64,000 bases of DNA, from assembly GCA_051294375.1 (NCBI GenBank), contig CM119270.1, forward strand, positions 1,200,311-1,264,310. Direction: 5' to 3'. A program made the position numbers and the translations under genes. Of the stretch, positions 46,749 to 56,353 are shown in pieces. The first letter of the stretch is position 1. Each line of letters begins with the position of its first letter. This stretch comes from Paraspadella gotoi (taxonomy: Eukaryota; Animalia; Chaetognatha). The notes under the pieces were generated by a model. The model worked only from the letters and a program-made list of their open reading frames with translations, had not been told where the DNA came from and made no database searches.

Positions 46749-49015
46749 TCAGTCCCAATTATTTCGTCGGAAACTCGGGTGCGTCGGTCTCGCCTACATC
46801 TGCCCCGCGAGAATTATGTTGTCTGGTCGCGGGTTTGCGCCGCCGCCGCGCCTGCCAGGAAGCCGCTCCAGTGTGCCGGCGTGGTCCTCTTTGAGCCACA
46901 TCAGGACGACGATCGACTTCGGCTCAACGGAATCATCGGGCTGCTTGTACTTCGAGATCATCGCAGTGCCAAGCTATGCAGTCGCCTCCGGGAGGCGGGT
47001 TCGAAGAAGCTAAACGGCTGCGACCCATGTCCGCAACGAGCCGTCCGCCGATGCGGATTAACGTGTAGTCGTTCGATGTCGTGGAGGAGATGTAACCGAA
47101 GACGAGAGTTTATGATAAGTACGTGTGTAATATTACCGAGTTATATAATGCGAATTACAGTTGGGGAAAAAGTTTTCGAGTTTACCGTTGGCAAATCGGT
47201 AGTTGATGACAAGAGCGCGTTAGAATGGTCGAGACCTCTAGCGGCGGTCGGTGCGGACGAGGATCGGGCAACGCCCACTTTTAAAGTCGCGCAGCGCCGA
47301 CTCTCTCTCGGCTGCATGCGGTCACGCATAGGTGAGGTCGCGGGGAACTTTTGACACTTTGGGCAGAGTAGCTGGGTGGGATAGGTAAAGCTGTGGGTAT
47401 GACGTCTCACACCTACACAACTCCGTCTGCTCCAGTTCTCTCGACTTGGCACCGGGTGTTTGTTGCGCCATAAAAATTCCGTCTTTCGTTGTGTGGTTTC
47501 CGGCGGGGTTTGAAATGGTTTTGGACGGAAGACCCTATAGCGTCTTGTTTTGGTGTGGTGACGAACTTCGTGCAGATTGAGTTTCGTGAGCATATCTGTC
47601 CAGACGGTTTTGTGTCGCTTTTCTGAGAAATGATTCGATTACTCTGTGTGCGGACGGTACTGCTGCAGAGTGTGGTTTGGTTAAGGGATTGGGAAGAGGC
47701 GTCTGAGATGGCTCTGGTTAGGGTAAGCTGACTATGGGCAGGACCACAAGGGGTTCCACCACTCTGGGTTGCTTTGACGACTGGTACCTGTGTTGACATG
47801 AGCTGGTCGATGCGGTTCGGGCGTTTTTGGCCGCCTCGTCCCTGTCTTGGTTGCACGCCGACGCTCGAGTTAGTGTTGGTATATTCAAGATGTAATGCGT
47901 CTTTGCGAGCGTGAGTAATTAAGGGAAATCTGTGAAGTCTCGAAACGGGCTGACGCTCTCTCGGGAGAGGTGGGAATGGGTGACTCGTAAATGAGCAGTG
48001 GGGAGATGTTTCCGACTTTGACCGACGCTCGTGGTCAGTAGGCTGGTGAGATTAAGATATTTTGGCAGTGAGGAGTGTTAGGGTTTGGTCTAGAAGGAAA
48101 TAAGTTGGGTTACAGTGTATGTGTGTTTGGGAATTTAGAATTGAAAAAGAGGATCATAAATAAAGAGAAAAAATAAAGAAACGTCTTGCTAGAGTTGTGG
48201 GGCGAAAAATTTTTTCACCAACTGAAAGAAGAGAAATAATTATAAAAAAGCATATAGACCAACCAACCCACAATAAGACCTTGGGCACGCCCATTTTGCA
48301 CATCTCCTGACGCTCTCTCGAATCCCCATCGTCCAGCATCCTGTCGCCTCGTCGAGAATGAGAACTTGAATTTTCCAACTCAAGTTCCGTTGGAGGCAAA
48401 GTCATGATCGAGTCCCGGCGTGGGTCCACCAGGATGCGCATCCGTCGCGGCACGTTTGTGCGCATCTGGTGACGGGTAGACGCCGCGGTAAATGACGACC
48501 GGGTTGAATGGGCGTTTCCCCGGGGAAAACTTGTGTCTGGTGGTGCCTGTTTTAGGGGTAAGCGGCGGAGGGAAAGAGGAATTGGGGAAAAAACCCGAGG
48601 GAGCCATACGTTGGCCGAGTGGAGGCAAATTCCAACTTCTCGCCAAACAAAGAGATCCAGGGTTCTAGCCCGGTGACCCGCCAAGCGATAACTAACTGAG
48701 GAGCATGAAAAATCAACTGGCCCGAAGTGATATTTATGAACGGTTTAAACTAATATTCTGTCTTTTTTAGTGTAATTATTCTTCACATTTTTTAAAACCT
48801 CGTCAAGTAATCTGATTGGCCAGACTCCCTGCGTGGGCGTCGAGAAATTGAGCAGCTGGGGGCGCTTTAGGTTATATAGTGGTCGGCCCTCTTCGATTGC
48901 AGTTCGCGACGGCCCGCGGCGAATCATCTTGGTGAAGAAGCTGGCATGAGTGAAGGCGGCCGTCTTGTCCGATCCCGTCTGAGGCGCAAGCCATGGAGAT
49001 CGCGCCCGCGTCGAG
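46749..49015 (-). pseudogene. garbled partial mirror copy of vasa paralogue A (likely artefact)
   Basis: QTGS.KTAAF remnant near 48.96 kb; introns recognisable. Confidence 0.55.
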
Positions 49016-49135
49016 TGGTATACGGCCGATCTGGCGGGAGTGGGTCTGTTTGATGTGAGGGGGAATTTCGTTCCATGGTTCATTAATTCTCTAAGTCGTT
49101 TAATTTTTTATTCATTCATTCTTTATTTCATCCAG

Positions 49136-51468
49136 GTTCTGCGACTTCAGGCTCTTCGGGTTCCGACGATTCTAGCGACGACGATGACGACGATGAATCT
49201 CACGACGTCCGACGCGGGTAAGTTGACCGCCGCGGGTAAGTTGACCGCCGCGGGTAAGTTGACCGCCGCGGGTAAGTTGACCGCCGCGGGTAAGTTGACC
49301 GCCCCGGGACCCCGGGTAAATTTAACCGCTGATCAGTTTCAAGGAAAATAGCGTTCAGAACAAAATAATTACGCTCAGGCTCAATAGACCTCTGGAATTA
49401 TTCATTTATTTATGATGCTATAGTATCGTTTCCCAAGATTTTGGTCGGGTTAAGTTTGGTTATTTCATCCATCCTTCTTCCAAGATAAATACCACAGCTG
49501 CCTGCCCTATCAATGAATTGTTTAGTAAATAAAGTAAATAAATGAATTGTTTAGTAAATAAAGTTGTGAATAAAAAATGCCAAATTCAGTTGGGCTCAGA
49601 GTTTCCCACAACGTCCCTTCTGACTTTCTGTCGTCTTTTTTTTGTCTTTCTGTCGTCTTCTTTGTCTTTCTGTCGTCTTCTTTGTCTTTCTGTTGTCTTC
49701 TTTGTCTTTCTGTCGTCTTCTTTGTCATTCTGTCGTCTTCTTTGTCTTTCTGTCGTCTTCTTTGTCATTTTGTCGTCTTCTTTGTCATTTTGTCGTCTTC
49801 TTTGTCATTTTGTCGTCTTCTTTGTCATTTTGTCGTCTTCTTTGTCATTCTGTCGGCTTTTTTCTGACCTTCTTTCTGTCCCCCCCCTTCAGCCGCGCCT
49901 CTCGCCGCCAAGTCCTCGCCGCCAAAACCATCGTCATCCGCAAAAACGAAGAGAACGGCGAAGCTGAGACGGCGCCGGACGACGCCGCCGGCGCCTCTCT
50001 AGAACTCAGCGGGAAACTCGCCGAAGACTCCAACACCGTCAACGGCGTCGTCGTCAAATATTCGGCGCCCCCCGACGCCAGAGCGCCGCGAGTCAAGTGG
50101 CGCCTCTATCCCTTCAAGGGCGAACAGGAGCTGCCGACGCTCTACGTGCACCGGCAGAGCTTTTACCTGCTGGGGAGGGACAGGGCCGTGGCGGACATTC
50201 CGCTAGATCATCCCTCGTGTTCCAAGCAGGTTTCTTGTTTTTATTTTCGGAGGGGGGGGGTTTGGGCAGGGATGGATTAGTGGAGGGGAAAGAAAGATAA
50301 ATAGAGAGGAAAAAGAGGGGTGGCTGTGGGGGAGTGAGGGAGGGATTAGCGGAGGAATGGATTAGTGGAGGGATAGATTTGTGGAGGGATGAATTTGTGG
50401 AGGGATGGATTGGTGGAGGGGTAAAGAAAGATAAATGGAGAGGAAAAAGAGGGGAGAGGGGGAATATTAAATAAATGTTTAAGGGAAAGGAAGAAGAGAG
50501 AGAAGGAAAGGGGGGATGAGACTAGATGGGGTAAAGGTTGGCAGAGAGAGACAGACAGAGATGTATGTAAATAATGCGAACAAGTGAGTGGAAGATCGAA
50601 AAGGGTAAAAAAAACCGTTGGTTTAATAAGCCTATGTATTTGTAATTTTTTTTGGATATTTATAATATCTCTCTCCCTTCCTAACCCGCCTCTCCCACCC
50701 CCATCTCCCCCTTCACAGCACGCGGTCCTCCAATTCCGCCTGGTTGACTACGAACGCGACGACGGAACCCGCGGCCGCCGCGTTCGACCTTTCCTCATCG
50801 ATCTCGGTTCCACCAACAAATCCTACATCAACAGCAAACCGATTCCAGCTGAGAAATTCGTGGAGCTCAAGGAAAAGGTGAGGTCGTTTGGGGGGAGGGG
50901 GAAGTCGGGGAAAGGGGGTCAATATATAAGAGGGGGTCGCTTCTATGCCCTTCGTTCATTTTGAGTTTTAAACTTTTATGAAATGGTTACACAATGTGAA
51001 AACTGACTGTATTCATTCAATAAACTTATCTGATTATGGCGTGTTTAAGCCTCTTTCCTCTCTTGTTTTAATTATGGACTTATAGAATTCATTCATTATT
51101 TCAATCATTTTAGTTTTAATAAAATAATATATTATATATATATATATTTTCCACTTCATTGATAGGGAAGCCAGGTACTCTGGGAGTGAATAAACGGGAC
51201 TGTGAGAGAGTCTTGATTGAAAGCTTGTAGGGACCTGCTATGTCATTATCTTGTAAGAGTGATGGAGGCCTTAAACCACCAAAGCCTGTCCAAAGTCAGG
51301 GGCAAGATAGCTTATTTATTAAATGAATGGATAATTTTTATATTGGTTGTACCAATTTCATAATATAATTTCCCTTTAATTCAGGATGTGGTCAAGTTTG
51401 GCTTCTCGAGTCGCGAATACGTTTTGCTCCACGAAAAATCCGCCAACTCGGACGACGACGAACTCTGA
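49136..51468 (+). CDS. SNIP1: Smad nuclear-interacting protein 1 / Pml1 (FHA domain), 3' exons 49136-49217, 49893-50229, 50719-50877, 51385-51468
   Basis: LSGKLAEDSNTVNGVVVKYSAPPDAR.P..KWRLYPFKG..HRQS.YLLGR..DIPLDHPSCSKQHAVLQFR..VRPFLIDLGS..KDVVKFGFSSREYVLLHE. Phases are consistent. Confidence 0.93.
49213..49302 (+). repeat. 18-bp tandem repeat x5 of the 5' splice site (CGCGG|GTAAGTTGACCGC)
   Basis: Five perfect copies; the first overlaps the real exon end at 49217. Confidence 0.95.
49622..49856. repeat. 20-bp minisatellite (TGTCGTCTTCTTTGTC(T/A)TT(C/T)) x about 11, upstream of a SNIP1 acceptor
   Basis: Direct inspection; no spacers. Confidence 0.95.
51190..51358 (+). repeat. dispersed repeat family R1 (about 170 bp) in the last SNIP1 intron
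   Basis: Colinear with the reverse complement of 60983-61151; partial copies at 15652-15717 and about 63865-63925. Confidence 0.8.
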
Positions 51469-51889
51469 ATAGAAAGACGAACCGACCAATCTCTTCCTCT
51501 AACCGACCGACCAATTCGTTTAAAAATGAAATAAAGCTTAACAGAGAGATTTCTCCAACAGCGAAGAAAAACTCTGTCGCGACTCATGTATTAAAAAATT
51601 TAAATTTCTCTCTTCAATTCATCTACGTAATACTATATATCTCGTGCAAATTATTTTACGTTTATCATCATCATCCCTTTTAGTTGCAATATAAACATTA
51701 ACACTTGTTTGTATTTTTTCATTTATTCGGGTCACCCATTTCTCATGTTCCCATTTCCGCGGCTTTTATTCTAAATTGTAACTTTGAAATGCGCGTATCT
51801 AAAAAAGTCTCTTCGCACTGAGATCTTGGACGTAATGAAATACCGTTTTATTTGTTTTCGTTACGTTTCTATTTGTTCAATCGATTTAT

Positions 51890-51923
<34 letters not shown>

Positions 51924-52179
51924 AAAATCAAATCGCGGAAAAGCATTCCACGTGGTAATAAACAAATTGATTTCCCGAATAAAAAAAAATAATAAAAAGC
52001 CGAAGATTCTTTGATTCATTAGTTGTACAATTTACGTTTGTTATTTTTTTTTGTTTTACTGACAATACACCGCGATTTTTTTCTTCTTCTTTGCGTTTTT
52101 TAATTATTTGACACGAAAATACAAATTCGCTCGTGCTTTTTTTCTTTTAATGCTTCGGGAAACTCCAGCTCCGTACTTG

Positions 52180-55100
52180 ATGATTAACATGTATATATAC
52201 AAAGGCAGTGGCGCACGGCTTTAGGAAATAGCTGAAAAATGGAAAATACTAAGAGCCCAGCCGTTGTTTTATAAAAAAATATATGCTATTGTGTTTCACT
52301 TGAGCGAAATCGTTTGAACGAAGTCTCTGGAATGATCAGGCTCAAGAATGAAGCCCAAAAGTTCTCTCCTATTTTGTTATTCTTGTTCAGTTGGATTTTT
52401 CTTTCCCCTGGCGGCGAGTAAAGGATGAAAATTTAGTCAGTCGAAAAGATTTTTCGCTCAAAAGTTTAGATCTGTCCAACCGTTAATTTCTCGCTTATTC
52501 CAACCAACTAAAAACGATTAGGCCAACTTTTTTTCCTTCACAATCCAGTTCTTAATTTTTCAAATTAAAACTTCGTCTCACGGTTTGATCGCTTTGTACC
52601 AAACTTTTTTCGCCCCGTTTCTCGAATACGCATCGGACTTTACATAGTGACATATCCTCTTCCGGTCACTCTCTCTAACAATGGCCTTCCCCCCACTTAC
52701 CCTTTGGGCCTCACCCTTTTTAATCTTGGGCTTCTTCTCCAAATTTGAGCGAGAGATGTTTTAATTTTTCTCCCACTCTCCTACCCTCTCTCTACCTAAC
52801 ATTAGCCTTCCCCCATCACTCTTGGGCCTTCACCCTTCTTAATCTTGGGCTTCTTTCTCAGAGTTGGGGGAGAGTTTGACCGCAGATGACGTTTACCCTG
52901 TCGTGCGCGACGACGATGAGTGGGATGTGAGTGATTGAAGGCGATGTGGGGTCAGTCGCGTCTTCTTCTTTTGTACGATCGATTGATCGCACACGGCTTC
53001 GTACTTGTTCAGGTTCAGGCGAACACGAAGACTTGCCGTCTGAAAAATTAAAAAGAGGACAAAGGTAAGTCTTTTTATGGTTTAATCATAAAAATTAAAA
53101 AAGATTCAATTAAATTCGATGAAAAAAAATCCTAATTTCGTAATGCTGAAGTAGGGTTAATATGGAAGCCTTTTACAAAATCATCTGCATGTAAATTGTT
53201 CTTCTCAAATCTTCAACGAAAATATTTACGATAATATAAGAGGAATTTAATACATTGATGAATATTTAATATGCCGTAACCGATTTAACTAAATATAATA
53301 AAGCAACAAAAAAGATAAGGGGCAAAACATTCATTTGCCGATCGCCTTGTATATTTCCATCCTTCTCAACGTTCCCCACCGCCGACCCTCCGCGTAACCA
53401 TCTTTACTCACCCGCGGTGGAGGCAGCGAAGACGGTGAAGTAGTAAGGCGCCCACGCGCACGTCGCCTGACTGAACGTTCAGATCGAAAACGAAAAGGGC
53501 GCCGCGCGAGAGGAGCAGTTGGGGGGGGGGGCACCATTGGCTTCGTTTGCGTGATGTCGTTAAAATTCATTAGTTCCTTCGCGAACATATCGCTTCTAAT
53601 ATACTATGATATTGATTTAATTCCCTAAGACGTCTTACTCGTTTCGCGTAACCAATATCTTCCGTAAAGGAAGGGAGAGGGATGCAGTAAATTTCTTAAT
53701 CATTAAGTTAATGATTTTTCAGACTGTTGAATTATCAATTTCAGCTTTCGCTTATGTTGTTTATCGAAATTGATTTTTTACAAAACATTTTTATGCCAAT
53801 TTGGTGAAAAATTAAATCGTTTTAAATACGAAACTTTGATTTTTAACGGGTTCTGAGCTGGAATCTTCGTCTTCACCGTCCGTGTGGTTTCCAGATTTCT
53901 TGACTGTCCATCCGCAGAGCAAGGTGAGGAAAGATGTTTCGCGGTGGAAACTGCAAGGAGTGAAGTCCGGCAGGGCGGGGCGGGAGAAGAGAGGGGAGGG
54001 TAAGGAGCGAGGTGAGAAGAGACGGAGGCACATGAAAAATGTCCTAGCATAAATAAAATTAATAGAAAAAAGAAGCCTCGTTTTTGTTTTAATGGATCAG
54101 GGTCGGTCTGGAGGTCGGAACAGTTCCGGCTTAGTTTTCAAAGTTGAAATGCTATACTAAATTAATTTCGGTTCTTTGTTTTAGTTCTTTGATGTCAGTA
54201 TTATTTAAAATTCTTCCGTCTATCACCCTCTCTCTCCCCCCTTCTCTCTCTCGCCGCGTCGGTCGTGCTCTTCTCTCTCTCTCTCCCCCGCGTCACCTTT
54301 TCCACTTGATGCATGACAGCCATGCTGTGTGCAGAAGACGTCAAGAAATTGGCGACTGATAAGCTTTGGAGCATTTGGAGGATCTTGCCGCGCTCCGTCC
54401 CGACAGAAGGATTGGTCTATTTGCGGAGTGGAAGAGAAGGACGGGTTTCGCAGGCGTAGTTGAACATCTCAAGGGGAGTTGAGGCAGAAGTGGCGGGGGA
54501 AGAGGCGAAAAGAAAGATGAATTTTATCCGTGAAAAAGGTGGCGAGGTTAAAAATCATCGAGACGTTTAATCGCTTACTACCGGGCCCTGAATGAGCCAT
54601 TTTCTTCTTTTCATGAAGTATTTAGCTGACATTTGCAATCAGCAATATCGCCTTTCCCCCCAAACTCACCCCCCGCTATTCCTCCCCCCTTACCACGGAC
54701 CCGTCGGGCCCTCGACGGGTTCTTCAGTCTCACTTATGATTCACTCGAAGTCAATTCGTTCTTGACCAAAGTCCAAACAACAAACTCGACCATCTGGACG
54801 AGACGGAGAAGAAATGCGAGTGGAGTCCAGTCGTCCTTCGCCAAGCAATTGCCAGACAGGGCGGGTGTGCTTGCCCACCTGTATGAAAAGGGAGAGGAGA
54901 GGAGAGTAGCAAAGTGGTTTAATCCTAGATTGTTTGTGAAAATAATGGTAAGTTTGTGACTTTCTAGCCGAGTAAAATGTGTTTTGTGCAGGTATGTACC
55001 GACTTGCTGGGACTGTAAGCAGGCTTGTTGAACTGTCCAATCACTGCTTACCTGGCGATTTGACAAGGAGCAGGCTTTTTTACACTTTCAATCTTTGTTT

Positions 55101-55388
55101 ACCTTGTGACCGTGGATAAGTAACAGGCTTTGTACTGTCCAATCATTTTTACCTTTGCCATGGAAAATAGGCAGGCTTGTTGGAGCTTTCCAATCATTTT
55201 GCTTACCTTTGGCCGTGGACAAGTAAGCAGGCTTGTTTGATTTTCAGGCGACGTTGAAATACAGGCAAACTGATTCCGTCGTAAAATCCCCGCTGCCACC
55301 AAATGCGACGATGAATGGGTGAATGTCGACGCACATCACGCCTTTAGTTGCGTTGAGTGAAATTAAATTAGTATTGTGGTCACTGGTA
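52180..55388 (-). repeat. noisy direct duplicate of about 55445-58927 (DNAI1 3' exons); probable gap-fill artefact; holds the only visible copy of the last DNAI1 exon (about 52290-52407)
   Basis: Colinear match including introns, indel-type differences, ends at a 25-N gap. Confidence 0.85.
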
Positions 55389-55399
55389 GATCTCTCTGG

Positions 55400-56121
55400 N
55401 NNNNNNNNNNNNNNNNNNNNNNNNTTTTTTTTTTAATTGGCGCGTGATTAATAAATGTTATAATACAAAGGCAGTGGCGCACGGCTTTAGGAAATAGCTA
55501 AAATGGNNNNNNNNNNNNNNNNNNNNNNNNNNNNNNNNNNNNNNNNNNNNNNNNNNNNNNNNNNNNNNNNNNNNNNNNNNNNNNNNNNNNNNNNNNNNNN
55601 NNNNNNNNNNNNNNNNNNNNNNNNNNNNNNNNNNNNNNNNNNNNNNNNNNNNNNNNNNNNNNNNNNNNNNNNNNNNNNNNNNNNNNNNNNNNNNNNNNNN
55701 NNNNNNNNNNNNNNNNNNNNNNNNNNNNNNNNNNNNNNNNNNNNNNNNNNNNNNNNNNNNNNNNNNNNNNNNNNNNNNNNNNNNNNNNNNNNNNNNNNNN
55801 NNNNNNNNNNNNNNNNNNNNNNNNNNNNNNNNNNNNNNNNNNNNNNNNNNNNNNNNNNNNNNNNNNNNNNNNNNNNNNNNNNNNNNNNNNNNNNNNNNNN
55901 NNNNNNNNNNNNNNNNNNNNNNNNNNNNNNNNNNNNNNNNNNNNNNNNNNNNNNNNNNNNNNNNNNNNNNNNNNNNNNNNNNNNNNNNNNNNNNNNNNNN
56001 NNNNNNNNNNNNNNNNNNNNNNNNNNNNNNNNNNNNNNNNNNNNNNNNNNNNNNNNNNNNNNNNNNNNNNNNNNNNNNNNNNNNNNNNNNNNNNNNNNNN
56101 NNNNNNNNNNNNNNNNNNNNN
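55400..56121. other. assembly gaps (25 N at 55400-55424; 615 N at 55507-56121)
   Basis: N runs; a further 10 N at 58098-58107. Confidence 1.
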
Positions 56122-56353
56122 TCTCACGGTTTAGATTCGCTTTTGACCAAACTTTTTCGCCCCTTTCTCGAATACGCATCGGACTTTACATAGTGCACAT
56201 TCCTCTTCCGGTCACTCTCTCTAACAATGGCCTTCCCCCCACTACCCTTGGGCCTCACCCTTTTTAATCTTGGGCTTCTTCCTCAAATTGAGCGAGATGT
56301 TTTAATTTTTCCCATCTCCTACCCTCTCTCTACCTAACATTAGCCTTCCCCCA

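Larger units (their letters stand above)
30191..49020 (-). repeat. about 18.8-kb inverted copy of about 12030-30022, error-laden; probable assembly artefact
   Basis: Colinear reverse complement of exons, introns and intergenic DNA. Differences are mostly 1-nt indels that increase away from the gap (nearly unreadable at about 47.4-48.1 kb). Confidence 0.93.

Noticed and set aside
47400-48150. Novel unique sequence with ORFs 47141-47593 and 47413-47856
   Set aside because: It is positionally the mirror of about 12860-13300 with remnants still visible, so it is a low-quality read segment.
30300-49000. Programmed frameshifting or RNA editing to explain the broken ORFs
   Set aside because: Intact copies exist at 12-30 kb and the frameshifts are random homopolymer-type indels.
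30191-49020. Genuine second copies or pseudogenes of vasa, ClC and CHGN, or a hairpin-RNA locus
   Set aside because: Indel-dominated error gradient, adjacency to an N gap and interruption of SNIP1 point to an assembly artefact.
49213-49856. CRISPR array
   Set aside because: Head-to-tail repeats without unique spacers, in eukaryotic introns, with no cas genes.
49522-49967. Repetitive Cys/Phe-rich or Lys/Arg-rich ORFs
   Set aside because: Translations of the intronic 20-bp minisatellite.
55487-56267. Long ORFs of X residues in the ORF track
   Set aside because: They are translations of N gaps.
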